DNA of 64,000 nucleotides, taken from positions 186,001 through 250,000 of the forward strand of contig CM061247.1 of assembly GCA_022605425.2 (NCBI GenBank). Direction: 5' to 3'. The notes beneath the pieces are model-generated. The model saw only the letters and a list, made by a program, of their open reading frames with translations, made no database searches and was not told the DNA's origin. The position numbers and the translations under genes are program-made. This stretch comes from Hamiltosporidium tvaerminnensis FI-OER-3-3. Its lineage: Eukaryota > Fungi > Microsporidia. Positions 47,598 through 60,101 of this stretch are shown here, one piece after another (position 1 is the first letter of the stretch; each line of letters begins with the position of its first letter).

Positions 47598-49916
47598 TTA
47601 TAAAATTTTTTCCAATTCTACTATTATTTCTATATTATTGCTAAAAATTTTGTAATATTTATTCTGAATTATTCCTTTTGATGTAAATAAATCAAATATT
47701 TTAGAATTAATTCCATTGTGTTTGTTCAAATCTAAAATGATGATGGGTTTCAATTCTTCAAAATGATAAAAATACAGCAATTTATCCTTTGATGAAAAAT
47801 TTTGATCAGAATAATTTCTGTCATTTGGTGAATATATTATGAGACGTAGAATTATGGAATTAATATTGAAGTCTTTAAACGTACAGTTTGAAATATCTAA
47901 GCATTTTAGATTTCTTAGTGAGAATATTATATTTATATCATTTAAATTAAGAGAATTTTTGGAAATATATAAATATTCAATGCTTTTAAGAATTTCTTTA
48001 AATGGATTAATTTTGAAAAAACCGCAGCTAAGATTACAATTATGTAACTTTAATTTCTTTAAATTGATATAATTGAGAAATATAGAAACATCTCGATTTA
48101 CTCCAAAATCGGTATGAGATATATTTAAATATTCTATAGTTTGACGTGATTTAAATATTTTTAAACTCTGAAAGCATTTAAGATTAAATTTAGATCTTTT
48201 TAAATTTAAATATTTGATACTTTCACAATCTTTTATTACTCCGAAGATAATATCACCAATCATTGTATTTGAAAAATTTAAATATTTAATATTTCTATAA
48301 AAAAAGGATAAATCGATTCCTAATATATTTGTAATTTGTAAATAACTGCTTTTTAAAGAAAGCTTTTCTAGGTTCTTCATGGTAGATAAAATCTGAAGAG
48401 CATTTTTGGTTAAATTAACATACATTAAGTCAATTTCGCTTATATTTTTAAGATCATAAATAAATGCAATGAAATCTGTTATTACCAGTAAAACAGAATA
48501 CATAGAGTGCATTTTCAATGAACAAAGGGATTTAAACAGGTAAATTTTATTCAGGACTCTATTAGCCGAATCATACGACAATTCATCAAATTCCAATCTT
48601 TGTAATCTCTCGTGAAATAACCACATATGCATTGTATTAATAATATTTTTCAAAAAAATCATATCAAAGGAACAAATAATTAAGATTTTTAAATCGAATT
48701 TATTGGAAAGACCTAACCACCATTCATTTTCTATCAATACATTTGATAAATCTAGAATTCTTAGTGTATCGTTACAATAATGAAAATTTCTAAGTCGAAA
48801 TGATGAATTAGAAATGATCTTGTAATTCATTTCTAAACTAATTAAAGAGTTATCTTGCAATAGTGTTTCAATTTCGTATGTAGTAAGTTCAAATGTTTCC
48901 AATGAGATAAATTTAATTCGGCTATTAATTGCAGTATTCAATTTCGAAAAGAAATGAGATGAATAACCGGATACGTTCCATATTTTGATAATTATAAAAG
49001 ATTCAATTTTAAAAATTTTAAATTTTGTTCTTGAAATATTATCATCTCCTAAATCAATGTTTTTCAATACCAAATGGTTTATATCCATTTTAATTGATAA
49101 AAATTGAAAGAAAATAAAACATATTTTATCCGATAATATCCTTTCTACTTTAATTATTATTTCATTCCCTATAATAGCAAAATATATATTTTCTGGTAAA
49201 AAGTTTTTGGGTTTAAACTTAAAATTTTCGTATTTACTGAATGAAGCTACAAAATTTCCTTCGAATAATGAAATATTAACAAAAAAAAATTTAAAAAACC
49301 CAATCAAGACTTGATTAGCTATGTAAAAATTTATACAGCAAATTTTTTTAAGCTTATTTCTAAATAAAAGCAGATTTGACCGAAAATCGTTTCCATAAAT
49401 CAAGCGGAATACAACTGCTAACGTGAAATGTTTAAGATTTTTATTTTGTTTTGCTTTTAATTCATCTAATACCAAAAGTAAATTATATAAATCTTTTAAA
49501 TTCAAATTTTCAATGAATGAATCATTTGTTTGTGTAATTTTTAAATAATATATCAAGTTAAATTTCGATAGAAATTTCCCCGATATATTCATATTCAAAA
49601 TATTGTCCACAATTAGCGCATCCAGGTAATCAAAATTTATATAATTTCTATCATTATATATACATATAAAGCTCAAATTACGAATATTTTCAGGTTCATT
49701 TCTTGTATCAAATATACATCGAACACCATATGTATATTTTTTCTCATTGAAAATTACCTGAAAATTGTAAAAGCAGATTCTGTTTTCTGATATAATAAAA
49801 CTACTTTCATATATTTCATTACAATGACATTTCGGAAAAATATTAAACAAAATTATCAGATATTCTAACAAAGAAACGAATATTTTGTAAATTTTTAGTT
49901 TGTAGAAATACATCAT
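47598..49916 (-). CDS. Large leucine-rich-repeat protein with N-terminal signal-like segment
   Basis: 772 aa; hydrophobic N-terminus ending CHC; repeated LxxLxLS motifs (LRILDLSN, LEKLSLKS, IKYLNFSN, IEYLNISH, LKCLDISNC); CCCC motif upstream. Confidence 0.88.
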   Translation of the reverse strand: MMYFYKLKIYKIFVSLLEYLIILFNIFPKCHCNEIYESSFIISENRICFYNFQVIFNEKKYTYGVRCIFDTRNEPENIRNLSFICIYNDRNYINFDYLDALIVDNILNMNISGKFLSKFNLIYYLKITQTNDSFIENLNLKDLYNLLLVLDELKAKQNKNLKHFTLAVVFRLIYGNDFRSNLLLFRNKLKKICCINFYIANQVLIGFFKFFFVNISLFEGNFVASFSKYENFKFKPKNFLPENIYFAIIGNEIIIKVERILSDKICFIFFQFLSIKMDINHLVLKNIDLGDDNISRTKFKIFKIESFIIIKIWNVSGYSSHFFSKLNTAINSRIKFISLETFELTTYEIETLLQDNSLISLEMNYKIISNSSFRLRNFHYCNDTLRILDLSNVLIENEWWLGLSNKFDLKILIICSFDMIFLKNIINTMHMWLFHERLQRLEFDELSYDSANRVLNKIYLFKSLCSLKMHSMYSVLLVITDFIAFIYDLKNISEIDLMYVNLTKNALQILSTMKNLEKLSLKSSYLQITNILGIDLSFFYRNIKYLNFSNTMIGDIIFGVIKDCESIKYLNLKRSKFNLKCFQSLKIFKSRQTIEYLNISHTDFGVNRDVSIFLNYINLKKLKLHNCNLSCGFFKINPFKEILKSIEYLYISKNSLNLNDINIIFSLRNLKCLDISNCTFKDFNINSIILRLIIYSPNDRNYSDQNFSSKDKLLYFYHFEELKPIIILDLNKHNGINSKIFDLFTSKGIIQNKYYKIFSNNIEIIVELEKIL

Positions 49917-50974
49917 TTGAAGGGGATTAGAATAATTAGAATGAAGGATTTGATTTGTTAAATATTCTGATTTAGATAAAACGGTTTTAATTTTTTTTAC
50001 ATTTTTATCGTTTGATTAAATATATTAAATTAATTTTCTGATTATTTATTTATTAGATATTTCTTGTTTCTAGGTAAAAATTCAAATTTTTATAAGATCT
50101 ATTGATTAGAAGTTATTTTAGGCATAAAAATATATTCAACATGTAAATGACAACTTCGATGATATATTAATTGACACAAACTGTTTTTGAATTTTATAAT
50201 CTATTTTTTGGATTAAATACAGAGTCAGTTATCTTTAAAATGTTATCTTAATTGTAATCTAGGTTTTATATATTTTATGTAATTCTTATTTTCTTTTAAG
50301 TAAAATTTAGCTTTGGTGAAATAGAATTCTTTGGTTTTGTCCTATATTTTTTACTTTAGTGTAATTTTCGATTACTTTTATCTCTGTTACCATCAAATTA
50401 TTAATTAATTAAATTCTCTTTTTTTCTTGATTAACAAACAAAAGATTTTTGAAATAACCAATAGAATAAGCTTTTCAGTTAATTATGTGAGATAAGCATC
50501 GGTTGCTTATGTATATCCGGTAAACATTGAAACAGCTTAGTATTTTTTGGATTTTTTTTCTTCGGCATTAAATATAACCAAGATCAAACTAGACAAAGTT
50601 TTGGTTATCAAATATTAAATTTAGTGATTCATTTATTTATTTATTAATATTGTTTTAGTCAAAAACTATACCAAAATACACATATAAAATTGGGTCACCG
50701 ACATTAAAGTGTACGAATTCTTTTAGTATTTACTTGTATTACTGGAGTATAATTGTTTTAAGAGTTGCCTATTTATTCCAATATTTCGATATTTCTGTGA
50801 TATCTTATAATTATTAGAATCCTACGAGATTATGTCTTTGATTAAATAAAAAAATTTTTCTTTTCTATTTTATGCCGCGAGAACTATATTAAATTCAGTT
50901 AGGCATCTCTAGAGTAAAAATTAAATATAAATATAAATACAAATATGAATACAAATATAAATTTAAATTTAAAC

Positions 50975-52680
50975 ATTGGAAGAAATGACGGAGGAGGTTA
51001 AAAAGTTTATGAATAATATAGGATTGGAAATTAACAAAGAGAAGTCAGCCACTAATGATCCATGTTGTGAAGATACTGCTACTCTTCTTAAAGGAATAGG
51101 TGTTTATAAATACCTTGGAATTATAGAAGATAGCAGAGGAATTCCAACAAGTAAGTCGTTTGAGGAAGTACAGACCAAACCGATAGCACGAGTAGAAAGA
51201 CTTTGTTGCACGAGATTAAATTCAAGAAATATATTTCAAGCCATTAATCAACCTGCAATTTCTTTGCTAAACTATCATATAAGTGTACACCGACTAGAAC
51301 CGGCTGACTTCTCTAAGTTAGATGATGCGGGGCGTGCAGTGTTAGTGAGAACAAAATACATCTACGCCCAGGATGTAAAGAACGTCTATACCTTCCACGT
51401 AAAGAACTTGGAAGAGGTTTACATAGTGTCGAGTTCAAAAGCGAACATATGCTTTTGCAACTCTTGGATTGCCTGGAAAAATCTAAAGAAACATCGACCA
51501 GAAGAGCAGCAATCCTAAAGGTTGAAAATAATAATAAAACCCACCTTTCACTAATTAAAAACTTTTTAAAAATAAAAACCGGGTTGGAAGAGGAAGTCAC
51601 AAAAAGAAATTGAAAGAAGCTCAACTAGTAAACCTATATAACGAAATCAAAAACCGAAAACTACATTCAAAGTTATATATCTTTAGAAACAACGAGCTGG
51701 TAAGTGTAAATGACTCCTTAAGATGGTTAAAAAAAGGACTGGTAAGACCACGTGAGGAAGCAGTGTTCTGTTATATCCAGGATAGAAATGTATTCTAGGG
51801 AGCAGATGGTATGTGTCTACACTGTAATAAATCTGGTAAGACTGTAGATCATCGAGCAACTCGATGTGAAAAAAAGCTATGCAATGACTACACCGGAAGA
51901 CATAATGAAGTGGTACGATGTATACATTTACTTTTGCTTAATAAATATAAGTTTAAGTCTTCGAAACGAATCAGAAGCCACTCATTTTAAGAAATTCTTG
52001 ATAACGAATATGCAGAGATAAGAGTGGACACCAGAATAAAAACTGATGTTAAAATTCGGTGTAACAGACCAGATTATTTATTTCAGACAAGAGACAAAAT
52101 AGGATAACCCTCATTAAAGTAGGAATCACATCTCAAGACTCTCTTAAAGTAGTTGAAACAGAGAAGCTTAGGAAATATGACCTATTAGCAAACGACTTAG
52201 GGCTTATTTATAAATCTAGTGTAGAGATAATTCCTTATGTGATGACCTGGGATGGTATTGTGACAAAATACCATAAGACGTATGTTAAGAGACTACAAAT
52301 ACCCATGAATATAGAGGCATCTATACGATCCATATTACTCAAGAAGACTGTCCAAACAATTTCTTTTGATCGACGAAGAGGACTTGAGTCTGGTCCAAAT
52401 GCCTAAGAGAGCTGGGAGAGTTCATCATTGAGTGTTATTTTAGGAGCTGAGATGCATAGACAACCAATACCCCCTTTAAAGCAAGTAGACAACGAGGAAG
52501 ATGTGTTAAAACGGAAAATACAAAAAATATTTTACCCCTTATTTTGGGATGGTATAACCACAGCAAAGGAACCCAAAACTAATGCAAATGAAGAGTCGGA
52601 GGAGAGAAAGAAGTGGCTGAAATGGTGGAAATAATTATTTAAAAGATAAAAATTTATTAACCCAGAATTCTATTTTATTA
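50975..52680 (+). mobile_element. 5'-truncated, frameshifted R4-like non-LTR retrotransposon (RT C-terminus, CCHC knuckle, REL endonuclease, 3' end)
   Basis: GLEINKEKS and YKYLGIIE (RT thumb), KERLYLPRKELGRGL, C..C....TVDH....C, RHNEVV, NRPD and EKLRKYDLLA; ends ttaacccagaatt. Several stops and frameshifts. Confidence 0.93.
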
Positions 52681-52735
52681 TTAAATTTTGTTTTTTATCT
52701 TTATAGAGGGTTTTAAGTATTTTACTAATTTATTG

Positions 52736-52857
52736 TTAATTCGATTGTTTAATTGTATAGTAATTAGAAACATTGTATAAGCGAACTATATTTTATTTAA
52801 TTCGATTGTTTTAAATGTATAGTAATTAGAAACATTGTATAAGCGAACTATATTTTA
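52736..52857. repeat. ~61-bp tandem duplication
   Basis: ttaattcgattgttt..tgtatagtaattagaaacattgtataagcgaactatatttta occurs twice. Confidence 0.85.
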
Positions 52858-53814
52858 CATTCAACAAAAACAATACAGTAGATTATCTACTTATACTTCT
52901 TTAGATGAGATATAATTACTGAATATTTTTATTTAAGTTATTATAGCCTCAATTAATCTAAAAGTACTCAGAGAATTTTCTTTAGCCTTTCATAAACACA
53001 TATTTGCTGGTCTATGGAATATTTCCTAATCTAATATTTTTTCTCTTCTGAATTACTTTCTTATTTTTGTGTCAGAGCTGAAACTCGGTAGTTTCTATTT
53101 ATTCTGTTCAATTTAACACAATTTTTATTCTATTGTGATTTCTGTTTCGTTGGTATTCTATCATATAAACGTTTTCTTTGTCTGGAGAAATATATTTTTA
53201 AAGGATATATGTATTTGGTAATTCATATGTAAATTAATTTTCTGGTTTATTTTATAAAGAAAATTTTTTTAACAGGTATTTAATTCGATGAGACTATTCA
53301 AACAATAATTATATTTTGGATATAAATAAACTACACGGAATATTTATTTACCATTAATCTTATAGAACAATTGCTTATACTTTGGTAAAAAGTTTAAAAA
53401 GAAAATTCGATCAAATTTATTTACATTGATTCGTAGTTTAATGAATTAAACTTTAGAAAGATAAAAAGATATTTCTTTATTGAATTTATTATGATTTACT
53501 ATAATCTAGAAAGGATTTACGGCAATATTTAGTGAGAATATTTTTTAAACCAATAACAGATTTTACTGTGTTTAATGTTCTATTTCTAAGAAAATTTGTT
53601 GGTTTTGTGGATTTTTTAAAAAATTAAAAGAGTAATGTTAGTAATTGGAACAATATTGTGGGTATCATACATTTTTAAAACTATTACACAGTTTGACTTC
53701 TTGTTGATGACTTAGTGTTAGTACTCGATTAAATAATAGATTTGTATCTTTTTAATATTTTTTTAAAGAAAGTCTCAAATGTATAATCTATTTTTTTTAT
53801 AGAATATTTTATAT

Positions 53815-54460
53815 GCATTGCAGGCTAGGTTGTAAAGAGCGTCTATATTTTTCTAGAACAGAACTTTGAAGAGACCTAAATGGTGATATATTATGAGGTG
53901 AATACATATCTTTGTAAATTTTGATTTTTTTAGAAAATGATGGATTAATAAAACCAAAGAAATGCAATTCTAAAAGATTAGGATACATATGAACATTCTT
54001 GCAGTAATAAATGGATTTTAAAGGTAAAATATAAGCAGGATGAAGCTGTCACTAAAAAAAATTTAGAAGAAGCTAAACTAGCAAAATTATATACGGAAAT
54101 ATAATAACAAAAACCTCACCTAGAGTTATATAAAGTGAGAAGACCTGAGCATGTGAGGTTTTTAACTCTTCAGCTGACTAAAGAAAAAGAATATTAAGCC
54201 TATGACAGTCAGTTTTCTGTTATATCGTGGCTAGAAATGTACACCAAGGAGAAAGTTATGTGTCAGCAATGGAATAAGTCTAGCGAAACTGCAAGCAATT
54301 ATAAAATAGGTATGAAAAATACTCGGAAAAGACTATAGCAGACTGCATATTGAAGTGCATGATTCTTACACAAACATCTCGAAGATCAATATAAATTTAA
54401 ATCTACAAAACGAATTAGGAGTCTACTAGCCCGAGAAATTCTCGAAACTGAAAGCAAGTA
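53815..54460 (+). mobile_element. Old degenerate R4-like LINE fragment
   Basis: ggttgtaaagagcgtctatatt (GCKERLY), gtcactaaaaaaaatttagaagaagctaaacta, ttctgttatatc..gctagaaatgt and tataaatttaaatctacaaaacgaattaggagt, collinear with 51370-52010. Confidence 0.8.
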
Positions 54461-55647
54461 TAAGTTTGCAGCCTAGACTTATGTTATTGTCGAATTCAGA
54501 ATGATTTGGAATCAATTTATAGGTAAAAAAATACATCTTATAACAATCATTCAAACTGCAATCTATTTGAGTTTTTCCAAAATTCAATAGCACAATTATG
54601 TGGGTATCATTATTTTTTGAAAGTTGCGCATTTTTTTATGTATAATCGCAAAATGGTTCTATATGCTACAAACCGGTTATAATCGCAAGATGATAACATT
54701 TAATGGGTTTTAAGATGCCCATTATATTGTTACAAACAACCAAAATAAATATAAAACCGATGAAAAGCTAGCCATAACTTTTTTTTACAACCTAATTTAA
54801 GACTAAGCTAATTGTCTCTTTGGGTATGTAAGATTGTCCATTATTTTATTACATGGTAGTAAGACACACGAACTTAGTTACTTCATCGCAAGTACGTTTT
54901 GAAGAGAAAGGCAGGATGGACAACAATGACTTTAATTTATTTGACCAAAAGTAAGATTAAATTATTGTTAAAAATGCCTTGACTGCAAAATATAAAAAAA
55001 TTAAAACAAAAAGGCATAAAAGAGGCTTACAGAGTACTAGAATAGCTAGAAACGAAAAAATAATATAATTTCGCATTAAATAAATTAATACGTTGCAATT
55101 TGCAGAAAATGTTTAATATAAACCACAATAAATAAATAAATTTGTAATTTTTTTTAGAAATTAACCCGAAATTATTTCTTATCGAGTAATTCGAGCTTGG
55201 TTGTGTTTCAATAATACATAAACCAAGCTTGAGTTTTACAAGCTGTGAAATACTTTTCGCATGATTAAAACACAATATCTGGTTATGAAATTGTTGTATT
55301 TTCTTCTATTACATGATTTTATTTGTTTAATGTCATATTCACAATCGATATTCTATCTATTTCATAGAATGGTAGGTTTATGGCATTTCCTGGGAGAAGA
55401 GGAACGCAAATAATAAGACATAATTAGCATAAATCTATTTTTAAAGGTTTGTATTATTCTAGCTTCTGTAACTAAATACAATAAAATACCATATAACTTA
55501 GCAAAGCCTCGGGGATCATGGGTTTAGACAATAAATTGGGCATTCATAGCAGAGTAATAGCAATTTAAGTACAGTGTTTTCTTTCTTTGTATTCACTTTT
55601 TTTACTTTTCGAAATATTTATCTTTTCCATTTTAAAATAAAATAAAT

Positions 55648-56360
55648 GGTTTAGTGTGGATAAACAGATAAACACCACGTGTTTGTCAATGAGTAGCTGA
55701 AAATTATGGGAGATAATTGTTTTGATTTTTGATAGAAAAAGAATGCAGTGTGTTATGCTTTTTCTTAGCGTATTTGTTATTTTTGAGAAGTTTTATAAAA
55801 TAATTAACTTTTTCTACAGTGAATTTGTAATTTTTAATGTTACTAGGTCAAAAACCACGAACAACTTATGAGTGATGGCTGTTTAAAACCATGCAAAGTA
55901 GCCACGCTTACTCGAATTAGAAGACACTGCTCTAGAGTACAAGCGAAAAGAATAATCTCTGCAAATTTTGAAATCCAATTAGAAGGCTCTATATGTTAAT
56001 ATGATATTTCAACTTTAACTGCGAACCCATGTAGATTGCTGAGATCCTCTTAGCTGGATGTCTAGTCAGTTCAGAAAAGGCAGAGTATGTGAAAGGCTGC
56101 TGGTCTTCTGAAATTCAATTATAATTTTGGCTTACAATCAGATACTCGAAGCTGAACATTAACGAACTAAAAGCAAACTCATAGCCTATTAAATATGTCT
56201 AATGCCTCTTTAAATTAAAGGTGTGATGAAGGTAACTTAAAAAATACTAATCGAGTATCATGAGGAGCGATTATCTGTTATAAACCCAAAACCGTCTTGC
56301 TGAATGAAATTAATATAACATATACTGCTTTTTTAAAAGCGATTATTATGTATTAATTAA
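55648..56360 (+). mobile_element. ~720-bp SINE-like family, old full-length copy
   Basis: gtcaatgag, gagataattgttttgattttt, actttttctaca, gcttactcgaattagaagac, cccatgta, gttcagaaa, acattaacgaact, gcctatta and taaaccc, collinear with the reverse complement of 28055-28782. Confidence 0.75.
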
Positions 56361-56503
56361 AAACTAGATTGTTATTTTTAAAATATTAAAAGATAGTAGA
56401 AATGAATTTGTAGTTTTTTTTATATAAATATCTTGAATAAAAATAAATAGTCTATAAAATTCAAAATAAAGTAAATTAAATAAACAAATATAAAATATAT
56501 CTA

Positions 56504-56541
56504 AAAGTATAAGAATCTTCAGTGGAAGATTCTTATACTTT
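56504..56541. other. Perfect 17-bp inverted repeat with 4-nt loop
   Basis: aaagtataagaatcttc-agtg-gaagattcttatacttt. Confidence 0.9.
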
Positions 56542-58041
56542 GATTCTTTTGCACAAATATTTTTCGATAATTCGTCAATAATTGTGAATTTGACGCAACT
56601 CGAATGATAACTACCATGTTCAAATATACTTCGAATATTATTTAAAAATCTATTCGAAATTTTGGTTATATAGAGCTTTTTGCAAAACTTCCTCCTTCTT
56701 GACGAACAAAACTCTATTGTTGCAATGATTATTGAAAAATTTTTCGTTTTATAAACATAATTTAGATCGAACTACAAGTAGATTAAATTTATCGCGTTTC
56801 TATGCATTGGTGATAAATTTACAAGTAGTGTTGAGCTATGAAACAACAGCACAGGTAAACCTGTACCTTCGGTTTATAACTCTTTGGTAATTCAATTACC
56901 GTTGTTGGAAATATTTTATGGATGTTAAATGTATCGTTCTGGTGATTATGGCTGCCCACTTTTGTTTACCATATTTTTTGAATATAATTCTTGCATTTGT
57001 GCCATCTCTGAATTTGTAGGCGCGCCTCGTATATAGCCAATCATATTTTCGGATAATATTGTATTTATATAGTCTATTTAAGTCTATATTTATTTTTAAG
57101 TTTATCAATACATCTGCAAAAGCTGCTAAGATTATAGGAATTGCGTCTTCGACCTATACATGAGTTTAATAAGGCTGAAGTCAATCGCAGACTAATTAAT
57201 ATATAATTAATACATAATTTGGTATTTTTTACAGTTTAAATCCCTGTTATATTATCATAAAATGTTATTCCAGTGTAGCCCATAACCATAATAGCTCGAG
57301 AAGGCATTCATAACTCATCCATCACTGTTTCCTTTTATTCGAGTTAAGAAGAATATTTCAAGTAAGCATCTATATTTTTTTAAATCATCTGCAGTCTTTC
57401 TGGAATTACTCGTATTTGTTATAGGATTTTCAATTGAATAGTCTGCTATAATATCATTGTTCTTACATTCGAAGAAGTCCAGATCATATTTATACGCAAA
57501 ATTATTGTTAAGTCTAATACTTTGTATCATATTTAATATTTTTACTTTCGATCTTTACATATTATCGAGATAGAATGACAGTATTTTTATTCTAAGTAGG
57601 TAAAAAGGTTCTTTATATATTTTCGATAAATCCATCGTGATCTCCGATTGCTTTGGCTTACGATTTTTTACACAAAAAGAAAATTCTAAGAATTAAATAG
57701 AGTAAATCGATTCAGAGATGAAATCACTGTAAAACCTTATAAAAGAATATATTTTCATGTTGTTTTGAATTTTTGTTTCTATAATGCAGCAATTTAAAAA
57801 TTTCTGTTGCTAATACTGTAAAAAAAAATTAAATACGTTTCTGATCTACAGAATAAGTCTCGATATCAACATACGCATAAAATGAAGTCATTGTAAGCTA
57901 ATATGATTTAAATTAATATTGAATAGCATAAAGATTTATTTTAATAAAAATTTTATATTTATCTACCAGTTTATTTGGTTATGAATGCGACATTTGATTG
58001 TAAATCTTCGTATAAAAATATTATATTGACCATTGATATAG

Positions 58042-58745
58042 TTATTGAATAGATATAACATCTTCTTTGAAAACAAGTGGCACAATGGAAAGTGTTTCTA
58101 TTGCATTAACACAGTTCTAAGTCTAACATAGATACTGCGCCTCTAAAACTTAACCGATATTCCTAAAAATCCCTATGTCTAAAATTCTTTTAGCTAAAAG
58201 GTATGTAGAATTTTTTCAATGCGGAGAACTTTATCGAGGTCATTTAATTACGTTTGCTCTTGTGTATTATCGCAGGTAAATATCTATATTAGGTACTATA
58301 AGGCCAGTAGAAATCCTATTGTGTAACTTCGCAGACGAAATAAAGGCACCAGCAGATATATAGTTGCAACTTACATATGATTTGCCTATTTTAGTAATGA
58401 TGTACCGTTAAGAACATAGAACTCGGCCTTGCTGGGTTCTTAGAGGTTAGGTTACTTTAGATCTGACTTGGCGATGTTTCTTTGATCACCGTGCGTAATC
58501 TCGAGTGCGATCTATTTTCATGGTATTTACCTACAATTTCAGCCGTAACCACTTCTAATAGAAAAAACCGCAACCCAGGTATGTAGAAAAAGTAAATATT
58601 ATGTTGACAAGTTCATCTTTATACAAATTTCAACATAAAATCGAAAATATAGATGGGTTATAATTTATCAGATCAAAAAATAATTTTATACACCATCTTC
58701 GCCACGTGCGCGCAAATACGCTTTGCCATAATATATTCTCTTCAT
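58042..58745 (-). mobile_element. ~720-bp SINE-like family, old full-length copy
   Basis: Left end ttattgaatagatataacatct; ttaacacagttctaagtctaacata at 58106; tatgtagaa, catggtatttacctaca, tgtagaaaaagt and acacca collinear with 28055-28782. Confidence 0.75.
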
Positions 58746-58851
58746 TATAATAAAAATAAAATAAAAATTAAGCCAAAAAAATGTTTATTATTGAACTCTA
58801 AGTTGATTGGATATATAACTCACATAAATACTATCAAACTCCGATTTAAGT

Positions 58852-60101
58852 TCAGATATTTTGATCGTTTTTTTTTTTAAACTGCCATTTCTCATTTTTG
58901 AAATAGTTAATGCACGATTTAATCATTGTTTTATTCTTATTAAATATAAAAACAAATTCATATCTATCATAATCATACATAGATAGAATTATATTTATTA
59001 TAACTTCAGTATTATTTGTATCTTTTCGCTTGATTTTTAAAATTTTTCTATGCTTGGGTTTTTCTATAATTTCAATACGTAGATCTGGTAGGATAAAGTC
59101 GTTGATGTAATTATGTTGTTCATTTTTAAAGAATGAAATTAATTTAGATCCCAAGAAAGTATTCCGTGACTCTTTTATTTTTATTTTTTCATTCTTGACT
59201 TGTTTTAAAATATCAATTCCATTTAAATATAAGGTGTATTCTAGTGGATTATTATCTAGATCGCTAAAATCAATACGATTTTTGTAATTCAGAAAATAAA
59301 GTTTAAGTTTAGCAAATATTGGGCATACTTTTAAATTTTTTAAATAACAAACAGTGTCATTCAATACATTTCTGAATATTTTTGTGAAATCATCACAGAA
59401 ATATAACCAATATCAAAATTTTTACCATCATCTTTGAAATATTCTGTAAAAATTACAAATCTATCATAACTGTTTAGTCTTTCATTAAGAATTAAAATAA
59501 AGGATTTATACTTTGATTTTTGCGAAGATCCACCTATAATACGATTAAATGTTTTTAAATTTTTAAGAGTTGCAAGATTTTGGACCAAATATAAACTAAA
59601 AACAACATTTGACTTTATATTGCCGATTTTCCCATATATAATGTCGCCTTCGAATTTCATTTTTAAAATAGTATGCTTTGTTTTCTCGAATGCTTCAATA
59701 TATTCATTGCATATGAATATTGAATGATTCATCTCTGCTATAAAATCTGACATATTATATTGCGGGTCAAGTTTCCAGGCTAGAACATAGTTTCTACTAT
59801 AATAAATCTGATCATTCATCGTTATACGGATAGATTCGCTATTTGTATCAATTTGATTTAAATTCATTTTACAATGTATATGGTATTTATCTATAAAATG
59901 CTCGTGTTTATGAAGCCGTTTTTTTAAGATAACCTCGCTAAAATTTCGTATCGACGAATATATTTGATACTTATGATCATCTTTATGGTTATTTTCACTT
60001 TCCATATGCTCTAGTAAAGGTTCTTCCTGTTCATCGGCACAATTTATAAAATATGCATACTGAAATATACAAGCGTTCCATATCAAATTACTAAATTGCA
60101 T
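58852..60101 (-). pseudogene. Secreted lineage-specific protein split by a single frameshift (track ORFs 59361-60101 and 58852-59364)
   Basis: ORF1 has a signal-peptide-like start (..ACIFQYAYFINCAD). ORF2 begins at TTG, not ATG, and its frame is already open upstream (YWLYFCDDFTKIFRNVLND), overlapping the ORF1 end. Confidence 0.65.

Noticed and set aside
56504-56541. Helitron 3' hairpin or bacterial terminator
   Set aside because: No CTRR terminus at the expected distance on either strand, the stem is AT-rich, and the context is eukaryotic.
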